Below are positions 52,515-62,467 of a stretch of DNA of 64,000 nt, one piece after another; position 1 is the stretch's first letter; the number at the start of each line of letters is the position of its first letter. The notes beneath the pieces were generated by a model. The model was not told the DNA's origin and made no database searches. It saw only the letters and a list, made by a program, of their open reading frames with translations. The stretch lies in the NCBI RefSeq assembly GCF_988243305.1, contig NZ_OZ547136.1, one strand, 5' to 3'. Made by a program: the position numbers and the translations under genes.

Positions 52515-53846
52515 ATGAGCGAACTGACCGATCTTTTATTGCAAGGGCCGCGTTCTGCCCCGGAATTGCGCCAGCGTCTGGCAATCAGTCAGGCGACGTT
52601 CTCACGCCTTGTTGCCAGAGAAGATCGGGTGATTCGCTTTGGTAAAGCACGGGCAACGCGATATGCACTGCTGCGTCCTTATCGCGGAATTGAGCGTATT
52701 CCCGTATGGCGAGTGGACGATGCCGGAAAGGCGCATAAATTCGCCGACATCCGGTTGTGCTGGCCGCAGGGAAGTTGTCTGGTAACAGGCGCAGATGGCG
52801 ACGAACAGTGGTTTGATGGTTTGCCCTGGTATTTGACCGATCTGCGACCGCAGGGGTTTTTGGGGCGCGCGTGGGGCAGGAAGTTAGCCGCGCAACTGAA
52901 TCTTACTGAAGATATCCGTCTCTGGCAGGAAGAAGATGTGCTCTACGCCCTGACCGTATTTAGCGGTGAATACACCGGCGGCTGGCTGGTCGGGGAGGGG
53001 AATTATCAGCGATGGATTACTGCACAACGCCCTGCGGCAATTCATCTGGATCAAAAACTCACCCGTTATGAACAACTGGCGCATGATGCACTGGCAGGAG
53101 AAATTGTGGGTTCTTCTGCGGGCGGCGAGCAGCCAAAATTTACCTGCTATGCACAAACGCCGTCAGGCAATAAACATGTGCTGGTTAAATTCACCGTGCC
53201 ACAGCAAACCGCGGTCAGCCAACGTTGGGGCGACTTGCTTATTGCGGAATCTATTGCCGCGCAAATCCTGCGCGACGGTGGGATCCACGCCATCGAGTCA
53301 ACGGTGCTTGTAACAAGTAACAGGCAGGTATTCCTTGAAGCGGAACGATTTGACTGCAAAGGTAACGATGGTCGCTTGCCCATTGTGTCGCTGGAGGCGG
53401 TGCAGAGTGAGTTTATCTCTTCTCCGGGATCGTGGCCGGAGGCTATGCGCCGTTTGTGTGAGCAACAACTTGTCACTCACCAGAGCGTGGCGCAAACAGA
53501 AGTGATCTGGGCGTTTGGGCGACTTATCGCCAACAGCGATATGCACGCAGGCAATTTATCATTTTATTTATCTGAACCACCATTTGCGCTGACGCCCGTC
53601 TACGACATGCTGCCGATGGCCTATGCACCAAACAGCGCCGGAATGTTGCGTGATGCTGCCATTGAGGTGAGGTTTGATCTTAACGTCAGTAAAAGTGCAT
53701 GGTTAACGGCGATCCCGCTGGCGCAGCAGTTCTGGCAAACGGTCGCCGGAGATCCGCGTATCAGCGAGGCATTTCGCCACATTGCACAAGAAATGCCGGA
53801 AAAAATCCGGCAAATCGAAGGGAAAGTTGCCCGCATGGGCGGGTAA
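52515..53846 (+). CDS. hipH: HipA-family Ser/Thr kinase with N-terminal HTH, HipH (YjjJ), 443 aa
   Basis: N-terminal HTH-like LRQRLAISQATFSRLV. HipA_C-type kinase core (GEQPKF...; catalytic NSDMHAGNLSF). Confidence 0.88.
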   Translation: MSELTDLLLQGPRSAPELRQRLAISQATFSRLVAREDRVIRFGKARATRYALLRPYRGIERIPVWRVDDAGKAHKFADIRLCWPQGSCLVTGADGDEQWFDGLPWYLTDLRPQGFLGRAWGRKLAAQLNLTEDIRLWQEEDVLYALTVFSGEYTGGWLVGEGNYQRWITAQRPAAIHLDQKLTRYEQLAHDALAGEIVGSSAGGEQPKFTCYAQTPSGNKHVLVKFTVPQQTAVSQRWGDLLIAESIAAQILRDGGIHAIESTVLVTSNRQVFLEAERFDCKGNDGRLPIVSLEAVQSEFISSPGSWPEAMRRLCEQQLVTHQSVAQTEVIWAFGRLIANSDMHAGNLSFYLSEPPFALTPVYDMLPMAYAPNSAGMLRDAAIEVRFDLNVSKSAWLTAIPLAQQFWQTVAGDPRISEAFRHIAQEMPEKIRQIEGKVARMGG

Positions 53847-54863
53847 CTACCGCACTGCCCCCGCTATCCATGCCGACAACTCCCGTAGCTCTTTTTCCTG
53901 TTCCGGGAAGTCAACCAACAGCGCTTCGCACTCCTGTTGCAGCATATCTGCGCGGTACAGGCAGCCTTGCAGTCGCCCGGCGAGGGCTTCCAGCGGCGCG
54001 GGGTTGAGGCTGTCGGTAAACACCTGGGCGCGGGTGATATGGCCTTTTTCAACGTCGAAATGCAGTTCCACGCCGCCCCAGGTAAAGCGTTCATCCAGCA
54101 GATGCGAGAATGCCGGAGCCTGACCGAAGTTCCATTCCCAGCTACTCTGACGGGCAAAGGTTTCGGCGAAGTTTGGCAAGTCTGGCGTTTTGTCCGGGGA
54201 GATGATTTCCGCTTCCACGCGCTCGCCATAATGGGCGAAAAAGGCCTCGGTTATGGCCTCGCAAACCTGCTCATGGGTGATCCCCGGCAGCAATTCGGTC
54301 AGATTGGTCACGCGGGAACGTACCGAGGTAATGCCTTTCGCCGCCAGTTTCTTTTTATCCGGGTTGAGATAGTTTGCCAGGCGGCTAAGGTCGGCATTAA
54401 GTAGCAAGGTGCCGTGATGGAAGCCACGATCTTTGGTTTCGCGATAGGCTGAGCCTGAGACTTTGCGGTCGCCTTCGGCGGTTTTCACCACCAGATCGTT
54501 ACGGCCGGACGCTTCGGCGCTGACGCCGAGCGCGTTCAGCGCATTAAGCACAATCGACGTGGAGATAGTTTTATCGTACTCCGGCTTGCCAGCCATAAAG
54601 GTAAAGCAGGTATTACCGAGATCGTGGAACACCGCGCCGCCACCGCTACTGCGCCGCGCCAGGCGGACGTTATCTTCTTCCATCCGCCGGGTATTACACT
54701 CTTTCCACGGGTTCTGCGCGCGACCAATCACTACCGTGTCGGCATTGCGCCAGAGAAACAGAACGCGCTGCGTGGCGGGCATCTGGCGAAAAATACACTC
54801 CTCCACCGCCAGGTTAAACCACGGGTCGTAAGAGTCAGAGATGAGCAGGCGTAATGTGGACAT
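53847..54863 (-). CDS. lplA: Lipoate-protein ligase A LplA (338 aa)
   Basis: [28 protein letters not shown]... is recognised. Its stop abuts the hipH stop. Confidence 0.95.
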   Translation of the reverse strand: MSTLRLLISDSYDPWFNLAVEECIFRQMPATQRVLFLWRNADTVVIGRAQNPWKECNTRRMEEDNVRLARRSSGGGAVFHDLGNTCFTFMAGKPEYDKTISTSIVLNALNALGVSAEASGRNDLVVKTAEGDRKVSGSAYRETKDRGFHHGTLLLNADLSRLANYLNPDKKKLAAKGITSVRSRVTNLTELLPGITHEQVCEAITEAFFAHYGERVEAEIISPDKTPDLPNFAETFARQSSWEWNFGQAPAFSHLLDERFTWGGVELHFDVEKGHITRAQVFTDSLNPAPLEALAGRLQGCLYRADMLQQECEALLVDFPEQEKELRELSAWIAGAVR

Positions 54864-54890
54864 AACGATTTCCTTTCTTGTAGTAATGGG

Positions 54891-55535
54891 TCACTCTTTT
54901 TTCTCGCTTTCTTCCTCTTCCGGCACCGGTTTGCTGGCGGTTAACAGGAAGGGCGATTGCTGCCAGCGGGTGCGTTTACCCTGTAGCAGCGTGCGGGTCA
55001 GCACTACGCCGATTGCCAGTGAGAGCAGCAACATCAGGCGTAAAATGTTAGTGGTGTTATCCACCTGTTGGGCTTCGGTGGCGAGCGTATGGGTGTCGAG
55101 CGTCAGGCGCAGATAGCCGAGCGGTCCGTTTTTCCCGGCAATTGGTTCGACAATCTGCTGGTTAAAATAGCCGCCCGCTTTTTTGCCGTCGAGCGCCAAC
55201 CGGTCGCGCACTTCGACGCTTTCGCCAGAACGGGCGATAAGATCGCCTTGTTCGTCATACACGCCCGCGTCGAGGATGCGGCTTTCATCCGTTAACTGAT
55301 CGAGGATCGCCTGAATGCGTTTGTCATCCGGTGAGTCGGTACGCATCAGCGGTGCAACGTTCAGCGTCACCTGACGCGCCAGGGTGCGGGCCAGTTCTTC
55401 CAGCTGTGGATTACGCTGTCGCTGGTGGTTTTGACTAAACCATGACGCTCCCTGCATCAGCGCCACTAACAAGGCAAGACAGAACAGGACAATCACTGCC
55501 CGATGCAGCCGGAATTTCAGTTTTGTGCGAGCCAT
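54891..55535 (-). CDS. ytjB: Membrane protein YtjB (Smp), 214 aa
   Basis: N-terminal TM segment (AVIVLFCLALLVALMQGASWF). Divergent from serB as in K-12. Confidence 0.85.
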   Translation of the reverse strand: MARTKLKFRLHRAVIVLFCLALLVALMQGASWFSQNHQRQRNPQLEELARTLARQVTLNVAPLMRTDSPDDKRIQAILDQLTDESRILDAGVYDEQGDLIARSGESVEVRDRLALDGKKAGGYFNQQIVEPIAGKNGPLGYLRLTLDTHTLATEAQQVDNTTNILRLMLLLSLAIGVVLTRTLLQGKRTRWQQSPFLLTASKPVPEEEESEKKE

Positions 55536-55640
55536 CTTCCACCCTTTGAAAATTTGAGACTTAATGTTGCCAGAAGCAATGGATACAAGGTAGCCTCATG
55601 CGTTATTTTCCCTGCTTCGAACGATTTTACAGGAGCCTTA

Positions 55641-56609
55641 ATGCCTAACATTACCTGGTGCGACCTGCCTGAAGATGTCTCTTTATGGCCGGGTCTGCCT
55701 CTTTCATTAAGTGGTGATGAAGTGATGCCACTGGATTACCACGCAGGTCGTAGCGGCTGGCTGCTGTATGGTCGTGGGCTGGATAAACAACGTCTGACCC
55801 AATACCAGAGCAAACTGGGCGCGGCGATGGTGATTGTTGCCGCCTGGTGCGTGGAAGATTATCAGGTGATTCGTCTGGCAGGTTCACTCACCGCGCGGGC
55901 TACGCGCCTGGCCCATGAAGTGCAACTGGATGTCGCGCCGCTGGGGAAAATCCCGCACCTGCGCACGCCGGGTTTGCTGGTGATGGACATGGACTCCACC
56001 GCCATCCAGATTGAATGTATTGATGAAATTGCCAAACTGGCCGGAACGGGCGAGATGGTGGCGGAAGTAACCGAACGGGCGATGCGCGGCGAACTCGATT
56101 TTACCGCCAGCCTGCGCAGCCGCGTGGCGACGCTGAAAGGCGCTGACGCCAATATTCTGCAACAGGTGCGTGAAAATCTGCCGCTGATGCCAGGCTTAAC
56201 GCAGCTGGTACTCAAGCTGGAAACGCTGGGCTGGAAAGTGGCGATTGCCTCCGGTGGCTTTACTTTCTTTGCTGAATACCTGCGCGACAAGCTGCGCCTG
56301 ACAGCCGTGGTAGCCAATGAACTGGAGATCATGGACGGTAAATTTACCGGCAATGTGATCGGCGACATCGTTGACGCGCAATATAAAGCGAAAACCCTGA
56401 CCCGCCTCGCGCAGGAGTATGAAATCCCGCTGGCGCAGACCGTGGCGATTGGCGATGGAGCCAATGACCTGCCGATGATCAAAGCGGCAGGGCTGGGGAT
56501 TGCCTACCATGCCAAGCCAAAAGTGAATGAAAAGACGGAAGTCACCATCCGTCACGCTGACCTGATGGGGGTATTCTGCATCCTCTCCGGCAGCCTGAAT
56601 CAGAAGTAA
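55641..56609 (+). CDS. serB: Phosphoserine phosphatase SerB (322 aa)
   Basis: HAD motif I LLVMDMDST and motif IV AIGDGANDL. Start MPNITWCDLPEDV. Confidence 0.95.
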   Translation: MPNITWCDLPEDVSLWPGLPLSLSGDEVMPLDYHAGRSGWLLYGRGLDKQRLTQYQSKLGAAMVIVAAWCVEDYQVIRLAGSLTARATRLAHEVQLDVAPLGKIPHLRTPGLLVMDMDSTAIQIECIDEIAKLAGTGEMVAEVTERAMRGELDFTASLRSRVATLKGADANILQQVRENLPLMPGLTQLVLKLETLGWKVAIASGGFTFFAEYLRDKLRLTAVVANELEIMDGKFTGNVIGDIVDAQYKAKTLTRLAQEYEIPLAQTVAIGDGANDLPMIKAAGLGIAYHAKPKVNEKTEVTIRHADLMGVFCILSGSLNQK

Positions 56610-56657
56610 TTGCCCGCCCGTCATCCTGCGGGCGGCACAGCATTAACGAGGTACATC

Positions 56658-58040
56658 GTGGCAAAAGCTCCAAAACGCGCCTTTGTTTGTAATGAATGCG
56701 GGGCCGATTATCCGCGCTGGCAGGGGCAGTGCAGTGCCTGTCATGCCTGGAACACCATCACCGAGGTGCGTCTTGCAGCGTCGCCAACGGTGGCGCGTAA
56801 CGAGCGTCTCAGCGGCTATGCCGGTAGCGCCGGGGTGGCAAAAGTCCAGAAACTTTCCGACATCAGCCTTGAAGAGCTGCCGCGTTTTTCCACCGGATTT
56901 AAAGAGTTCGACCGCGTATTAGGCGGCGGCGTGGTGCCGGGAAGTGCCATTCTGATTGGCGGTAACCCTGGTGCGGGGAAATCCACGTTGCTACTGCAAA
57001 CGCTGTGCAAACTGGCGCAGCAGATGAAAACGCTGTATGTCACCGGCGAAGAGTCGCTGCAACAGGTGGCAATGCGCGCTCATCGCCTTGGCCTGCCGAC
57101 TGACAATCTTAATATGCTGTCGGAAACCAGCATCGAGCAGATCTGCCTGATTGCCGAAGAAGAGCAACCGAAGCTGATGGTAATTGACTCGATCCAGGTG
57201 ATGCATATGGCGGATGTACAATCATCGCCTGGTAGCGTGGCGCAGGTGCGTGAAACGGCGGCTTATCTGACGCGCTTCGCCAAAACGCGCGGCGTGGCGA
57301 TTGTCATGGTCGGGCACGTAACCAAAGATGGCTCGCTGGCTGGCCCTAAAGTGCTGGAACACTGTATCGACTGTTCGGTGCTTTTGGATGGCGATGCCGA
57401 CTCCCGTTTTCGCACCTTGCGCAGCCATAAAAACCGCTTCGGCGCGGTGAATGAGCTGGGCGTCTTCGCGATGACCGAACAGGGGCTGCGTGAAGTTAGC
57501 AACCCTTCCGCCATCTTTTTAAGCCGCGGTGATGAAGTGACCTCCGGTAGCTCAGTGATGGTGGTATGGGAAGGAACGCGTCCACTGCTGGTGGAGATCC
57601 AGGCGCTGGTCGATCACTCGATGATGGCGAATCCACGCCGCGTCGCAGTAGGGCTGGAGCAAAACCGTCTGGCAATCCTGCTGGCTGTCTTGCACCGTCA
57701 CGGTGGTCTGCAAATGGCCGATCAGGATGTGTTTGTGAACGTGGTCGGCGGCGTGAAGGTAACCGAAACCAGCGCCGACTTAGCGTTACTGCTGGCGATG
57801 GTTTCCAGCCTGCGTGACAGACCGCTGCCACAGGATCTGGTGGTGTTTGGTGAAGTCGGGCTGGCAGGGGAGATCCGCCCGGTGCCCAGCGGTCAGGAAC
57901 GAATCTCTGAAGCGGCGAAACACGGTTTTCGCCGGGCGATTGTTCCTGCGGCTAACGTACCGAAAAAAGCGCCGGAAGGGATGCAGATTTTTGGCGTTAA
58001 AAAACTCTCCGACGCGCTTAGCGTGTTCGACGACTTATAA
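56658..58040 (+). CDS. radA: DNA repair protein RadA/Sms (460 aa, GTG start)
   Basis: Zn finger CNECGADYPRWQGQCSACHAWN, Walker A GGNPGAGKST, KNRFG motif and a Lon-like C-terminus. Confidence 0.95.
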   Translation: MAKAPKRAFVCNECGADYPRWQGQCSACHAWNTITEVRLAASPTVARNERLSGYAGSAGVAKVQKLSDISLEELPRFSTGFKEFDRVLGGGVVPGSAILIGGNPGAGKSTLLLQTLCKLAQQMKTLYVTGEESLQQVAMRAHRLGLPTDNLNMLSETSIEQICLIAEEEQPKLMVIDSIQVMHMADVQSSPGSVAQVRETAAYLTRFAKTRGVAIVMVGHVTKDGSLAGPKVLEHCIDCSVLLDGDADSRFRTLRSHKNRFGAVNELGVFAMTEQGLREVSNPSAIFLSRGDEVTSGSSVMVVWEGTRPLLVEIQALVDHSMMANPRRVAVGLEQNRLAILLAVLHRHGGLQMADQDVFVNVVGGVKVTETSADLALLLAMVSSLRDRPLPQDLVVFGEVGLAGEIRPVPSGQERISEAAKHGFRRAIVPAANVPKKAPEGMQIFGVKKLSDALSVFDDL

Positions 58041-58060
58041 TGAGAAATACGGAGGGAGAT

Positions 58061-59293
58061 ATGTCGTCATTTGATTACCTGAAAACTGCCATCAAGCAAC
58101 AGGGCTGCACGCTACAGCAGGTAGCTGATGCCAGCGGTATGACCAAAGGGTATTTAAGCCAGTTACTGAATGCCAAAATCAAAAGCCCCAGCGCGCAAAA
58201 GCTGGAGGCGTTGCACCGTTTTTTGGGGCTTGAGTTTCCCCGACAGAAGAAAACCATTGGTGTCGTATTCGGTAAGTTCTACCCGCTGCATACCGGACAT
58301 ATCTACCTTATCCAGCGCGCCTGTAGCCAGGTTGACGAGCTGCATATCATTATGGGTTTTGACGATACCCGCGACCGCGCGTTGTTTGAAGACAGCGCCA
58401 TGTCGCAGCAGCCCACCGTGCCGGATCGTCTGCGCTGGTTATTGCAAACCTTTAAATATCAGAAAAATATCCGTATTCATGCTTTCAACGAAGAGGGTAT
58501 GGAGCCGTATCCGCACGGCTGGGATGTGTGGAGCTACGGCATCAAAAAGTTTATGGCTGAAAAGGGGATCCAGCCGGACCTGATCTACACCTCGGAAGAA
58601 GCCGATGCGCCACAGTATATGGAACATCTGGGGATCGAAACGGTGCTGGTCGATCCGAAACGCACCTTTATGAGTATCAGCGGTGCGCAGATCCGCGAAA
58701 ACCCGTTCCGCTACTGGGAATATATTCCCACCGAAGTGAAGCCGTTCTTTGTGCGTACCGTGGCGATCCTTGGCGGCGAGTCGAGCGGTAAATCCACCCT
58801 GGTAAACAAACTTGCTAATATCTTCAACACTACCAGTGCATGGGAATATGGTCGCGATTATGTCTTTTCACACCTTGGCGGTGATGAGATCGCATTGCAG
58901 TATTCCGACTACGATAAAATCGCGCTGGGACACGCTCAATACATTGATTTTGCAGTGAAATATGCCAATAAAGTGGCGTTTATCGACACTGATTTTGTCA
59001 CTACCCAGGCGTTCTGCAAAAAGTACGAAGGGCGGGAGCATCCGTTCGTGCAGGCGCTGATCGATGAATACCGTTTTGATCTGGTTATCTTGCTGGAGAA
59101 CAACACCCCGTGGGTGGCGGATGGTTTACGCAGCCTCGGCAGTTCGGTGGATCGCAAAGAGTTCCAGAACTTGCTGGTGGAGATGCTGGAAGAGAACAAT
59201 ATCGAATTTGTGCGGGTTGAAGAGGACGATTACGACAGCCGTTTCCTGCGCTGTGTGGAGCTGGTGCGGGAGATGATGGGCGAGCAGAGATAA
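58061..59293 (+). CDS. nadR: Trifunctional NadR (HTH repressor / NMN adenylyltransferase / ribosylnicotinamide kinase), 410 aa
   Basis: N-terminal HTH (LQQVADASGMTKGYLSQLLN), NMNAT motif GKFYPLHTGH, and kinase P-loop GGESSGKST. Confidence 0.95.
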   Translation: MSSFDYLKTAIKQQGCTLQQVADASGMTKGYLSQLLNAKIKSPSAQKLEALHRFLGLEFPRQKKTIGVVFGKFYPLHTGHIYLIQRACSQVDELHIIMGFDDTRDRALFEDSAMSQQPTVPDRLRWLLQTFKYQKNIRIHAFNEEGMEPYPHGWDVWSYGIKKFMAEKGIQPDLIYTSEEADAPQYMEHLGIETVLVDPKRTFMSISGAQIRENPFRYWEYIPTEVKPFFVRTVAILGGESSGKSTLVNKLANIFNTTSAWEYGRDYVFSHLGGDEIALQYSDYDKIALGHAQYIDFAVKYANKVAFIDTDFVTTQAFCKKYEGREHPFVQALIDEYRFDLVILLENNTPWVADGLRSLGSSVDRKEFQNLLVEMLEENNIEFVRVEEDDYDSRFLRCVELVREMMGEQR

Positions 59294-59326
59294 CCGTGAC
59301 GAAACGGCTCAAAGGCGAGGTATAAA

Positions 59327-59445
59327 ATGAGTTTTTTTGATGAGTTGAAAACCTCTCTGGAAGAGGCTGTTGAGATTAGAAAGAACCTGCACGGGTGACC
59401 CACTACGAAATTGCGGATGCTAAGGCTATTCGTGAGCAACTTCAT
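59327..59445 (+). pseudogene. Frameshifted, 3'-truncated remnant of a HigA/XRE-type antitoxin gene
   Basis: ATG 59327 (RBS GAGG) gives MSFFDELKTSLEEAVEIRKNLHG* (stop 59396-59398). The +1 frame from 59395 continues VTHYEIADAKAIREQLH, the usual segment just before the HTH in this antitoxin family. No HTH follows. Confidence 0.6.
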
Positions 59446-59735
59446 ACTCCAACTGACCGGTTGCGTAGCCAGAATGCAATCAAATCTGACAGTCTGCTTC
59501 GGCGCGCGCTTTGGTGTATTTACCGGAGTAAATCAGCGTGCCGTGGAAAATTATGCGCAGCGCTTCTGCTGATTTGCGTACCTTCGCTGATGATAAGTCC
59601 TGCACTAGCGCGCTGCGCGTAATAGTCCGCCATCATGTCAATCGCAACGTCACCCGCACCGGCGCGGGAACGCGTCATCGGTGGCAGTACAAAACGGTTT
59701 ATTAATGGCAACGCATTCAGCGCATATTTAGCAAA
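59446..59735 (-). pseudogene. Old Yellow Enzyme (NemA-like NADH:flavin oxidoreductase) pseudogene: N-terminal ~55 codons fused out of frame to a C-terminal fragment, with most of the gene deleted
   Basis: Minus strand: [56 protein letters not shown] matches the OYE N-terminus (compare NemA ...NRIFMAPLTRLRS...[23 protein letters not shown]). A shifted frame then reads ALRIIFHGTLIYSGKYTKARAEADCQI* / DLIAF, matching the NemA C-terminal region [21 protein letters not shown]...IDAVAFG. There is no start codon, and a stop lies at 59736-59738. Confidence 0.75.
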
Positions 59736-59759
59736 TTACGTAATGGGTCCCTTGCGCGG

Positions 59760-59972
59760 TTATTTGTACAGTTCGGCACTCATGGTGACGGTATTGCCCA
59801 TGCGAGCGCTGGTGATTTTGTATTCAGAGGCGTTCATCTCTTTCGCTTTCTGCGCAATAACTGCTTCCGCAGAATCCAGTGTTGTACCGGTTGCTGTCAC
59901 GCTTTGCGCCGATGCGTTAAACGCCGCGACAGAGAAAAGAGAAGCTGTAAAAATTGCGATGATCGTTTTCAT
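59760..59972 (-). CDS. DUF1471 (YdgH/BhsA/McbA-family) small periplasmic protein, 70 aa
   Basis: MKTIIAIFTASLFSVAAFNASAQSVTATGTTLDSAEAVIAQKAKEMNASEYKITSARMGNTVTMSAELYK has a signal peptide plus the single DUF1471 domain pattern. The track ORF has a 56-codon upstream extension. Confidence 0.8.
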   Translation of the reverse strand: MKTIIAIFTASLFSVAAFNASAQSVTATGTTLDSAEAVIAQKAKEMNASEYKITSARMGNTVTMSAELYK

Positions 59973-60129
59973 GTTTATATTCCAGAGTGTCTTAATTGTT
60001 TGGCGTTTATTAACGCGATGGGGAGAGAATACGCCTGCTGCCTGATAACATAAATGATACAAATGACAATAGACTATTCTGCTTTTGTTAATAATCAGAC
60101 GCCGGACGTTCCGACGCCTGTCGATTGCA

Positions 60130-60546
60130 TCAGGCAACAAAGTTGTCCTTCAGCGCCTTGAGACCATCCCGATAGATGCCGGTAAACAGCGCTTCGGCCT
60201 CTTCGTTCGTCACATTCACCGGGGTGAATTCACCGAACCATTCCACACGGGAAACCTGGCTGTCGGCGGTTTCATGAACGGTAATGGTGGAGAGGTAATC
60301 CACCACCGGGAACGGTGCCTGAATAATGGAATAGGTATAACTGCGTTGACGGTTATCAAACGCTTCCAGACGTTCAACCACAGTGCCGCCGTCAGAGGTT
60401 GTCAGCGAACGAACGCGACCGCCTTCTGTCACTACGCTTTTCGGGATGAACGGCAGCCAGTCTGGCAGCGCATCAAAGCCGCCCATCAATTGCCATACGG
60501 TGTCGGCAGAAGCCGGAATTTCGATCGATACAGTTGTTTTAGCCAT
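60130..60546 (-). CDS. SRPBCC (polyketide cyclase/dehydrase-like, Bet v1 fold) protein, 138 aa
   Basis: MAKTTVSIEIPASADTVWQLMGGFDALPDWLP...YTYSII...VEWFGEF is the typical Polyketide_cyc2 pattern. It starts 25 nt after the SDR stop. Confidence 0.75.
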   Translation of the reverse strand: MAKTTVSIEIPASADTVWQLMGGFDALPDWLPFIPKSVVTEGGRVRSLTTSDGGTVVERLEAFDNRQRSYTYSIIQAPFPVVDYLSTITVHETADSQVSRVEWFGEFTPVNVTNEEAEALFTGIYRDGLKALKDNFVA

Positions 60547-60571
60547 GATAATTTTCTCTTAATTTATAGGG

Positions 60572-61369
60572 TTACATTGTCAGGGTGTCGACGACGCCGC
60601 CATCGACGCGCAGGGCTGCCCCTGTGGTTGCCGAGGAAAGCGGTGACGCGAGATAAACCGCCAGATTCGCCACTTCTTCCACATCTGCCGCACGCTGGAT
60701 GATGGAGCTCGGACGTGAGGTTTTAACAAACTCATCGGCCTGTTCACGCGCACTGCGTCCCGATTGTGCAGCGGCATCCGCCAGCATCTCTTTCAGGCCA
60801 TCGGTAAAGGTTGGCCCTGGCAGAATGGCGTTGACGGTCACACCGGTCCCCGCCAGTCGTTTCGCCAGACCATGAGAGACCGCCAGATTCGCAGCTTTGG
60901 TGACGCCGTAGTTGATCATGTCGCCAGGAATTGCCACGCCGGATTCGGACGAGACAAAGATAATCCGCCCCCAGCCCTGTTCCGTCATGCCTGGCGCATA
61001 GTGACGCGCCAGACGAACGCCGGAGAGGACGTTGACGTTATAGAAGTGCATCCACTCATCATCCGGAACGCTAAAGAAATCTTTATCGTTAAAAATGCCC
61101 AGATTATTGACCAGCACATCAGCCGTTGGGACTGCAGCGATCAGCGCAGCCACGCCGTCTTCGGTGCTGAGATCGGCCACCACGCCACGCAGTGACGCCG
61201 TGGGAGTTTGTGCCGCAATCGCAGCCATGGCATCATCAACGCCGCGCTGTTTACGGCCGACGACAACCACCGTTGCGCCTGCTTTTGCCAGTCCGGCGGC
61301 GATACCCTGCCTAATGCCGGAGGTTGAGCCGCTGACCACCGCGACTTTACCTGTCAGATCCAGTTTCAT
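60572..61369 (-). CDS. Short-chain dehydrogenase/reductase (classical SDR), 265 aa
   Basis: Cofactor motif VSGSTSGIRQG, NNLG, and catalytic S...YGVTKAA (YxxxK). Start MKLDLTGKVAVV at ATG 61369, 19 nt after the AKR stop. Confidence 0.85.
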   Translation of the reverse strand: MKLDLTGKVAVVSGSTSGIRQGIAAGLAKAGATVVVVGRKQRGVDDAMAAIAAQTPTASLRGVVADLSTEDGVAALIAAVPTADVLVNNLGIFNDKDFFSVPDDEWMHFYNVNVLSGVRLARHYAPGMTEQGWGRIIFVSSESGVAIPGDMINYGVTKAANLAVSHGLAKRLAGTGVTVNAILPGPTFTDGLKEMLADAAAQSGRSAREQADEFVKTSRPSSIIQRAADVEEVANLAVYLASPLSSATTGAALRVDGGVVDTLTM

Positions 61370-61388
61370 CGTTTTCTCACCAGGTTGA

Positions 61389-62399
61389 TTAACGGGTCGG
61401 CAGCGGAGCGTTTTCCGCAACCAGATTTTGACGGCGCATTTCTGCCCAGAATTCAGCCGGAACAGGCGCATTCAGTGCAGCCAGATCTTCTGCCATACGG
61501 CCAGGACGGCTGGAGCCAGGAATAACCGCTGCAACGGCCGGGTTTGCCAGCGCGAACTGCAGCGCAGCTGCTTTAACGTTCACATTGAAACGTGTGGCAA
61601 TGGCGTTAATTTGCGCCACTTTCTGCTGGATGGCCGCAGAAGCTTTCTGATATTCAAAGTGCTCGCCGCCTGCCAGTACGCCAGAGCTGTACGGACCGCC
61701 CACAACAATATCCACGTTCTGTTCCAGTGCTTCTGGCATCAGGCGTTGCAGCGCACGTTCGTGATCCAGCAGGGAATAACGCCCCGCCAGCAGGAACGCA
61801 TCCGGCTTCGGTTCGTCCAGCGCCAGCGTCAGTTCGCAAGGTTCGACGCGATTCACACCCAGTCCCCAGGCTTTAATCACACCTTCGTCACGCAAACGCG
61901 TCAGCGCACGAAACGCACCGGTACGGGCTATGTTGAACTGTTCCAGCCAGCTGTCACCGTAGAAGTCCTGCGCCGGGTCGTGGATCCAGACAATATCCAG
62001 ACGATCTGTTTTCAGGCGTTTCAGGCTGTCTTCAATCGAGCGCAGCGTGGCGTCAGCAGAGTAGTCATTCAGAATTTTGTTTTTCAGGCCGTGTTCGAAC
62101 AGGCCACCTTTTTCACCGAAATCACGTTTTGCCGGATCTTCCATTTCGTCCAGCATGATGCGGCCGACTTTGCTGCTCAGAACGTATTCATCACGTGGAT
62201 ACTGAGACAGCGCTTCACCCATGCGGATTTCAGAAAGGCCAGAGCCGTACAGCGGCGCGGTATCAAAGTAACGCACGCCCAGGTTCCAGGCTTCGCTCAC
62301 GGTGGCGTGGGCCTCTTCTTCCGGAATGGCACGGAACATGTTGCCGAGTGGTGCGCCGCCTAAGCCAATTTTGCCGGGAAGTAAATTTTTGATGCTCAT
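61389..62399 (-). CDS. Aldo-keto reductase (aldose/pyridoxal dehydrogenase-like clade), 336 aa
   Basis: AKR catalytic tetrad contexts YFDTAPLYG (D, Y), SSKVG (K) and WIHDP (H). Confidence 0.85.
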   Translation of the reverse strand: MSIKNLLPGKIGLGGAPLGNMFRAIPEEEAHATVSEAWNLGVRYFDTAPLYGSGLSEIRMGEALSQYPRDEYVLSSKVGRIMLDEMEDPAKRDFGEKGGLFEHGLKNKILNDYSADATLRSIEDSLKRLKTDRLDIVWIHDPAQDFYGDSWLEQFNIARTGAFRALTRLRDEGVIKAWGLGVNRVEPCELTLALDEPKPDAFLLAGRYSLLDHERALQRLMPEALEQNVDIVVGGPYSSGVLAGGEHFEYQKASAAIQQKVAQINAIATRFNVNVKAAALQFALANPAVAAVIPGSSRPGRMAEDLAALNAPVPAEFWAEMRRQNLVAENAPLPTR

Positions 62400-62451
62400 A
62401 AGATGTCCTCAATTATTCGGTTTGGGTTAGGGCGTTTTTTTGCTATCGCCC

Positions 62452-62467
62452 TGTGACGTGGATCACA
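62452..62467. promoter_or_regulatory. CRP consensus-core site TGTGA-N6-TCACA in the divergent AKR/LysR promoter region
   Basis: tgtgacgtggatcaca was read directly. Its centre is about 60 bp from the AKR ATG and about 73 bp from the LysR ATG. Confidence 0.55.

Noticed and set aside
59294-59326. Possible last 9-10 codons of a HigB/RelE-type toxin (...TKRLKGEV*) immediately after the nadR stop
   Set aside because: It is far too short for any similarity claim. It is mentioned only as context for the antitoxin remnant.
61428-62363. 311-aa plus-strand ORF in the accessory island
   Set aside because: It is antisense to the aldo-keto reductase ORF, which carries the full AKR catalytic tetrad. The plus-strand product is Arg/Gln/Phe-rich without motifs.
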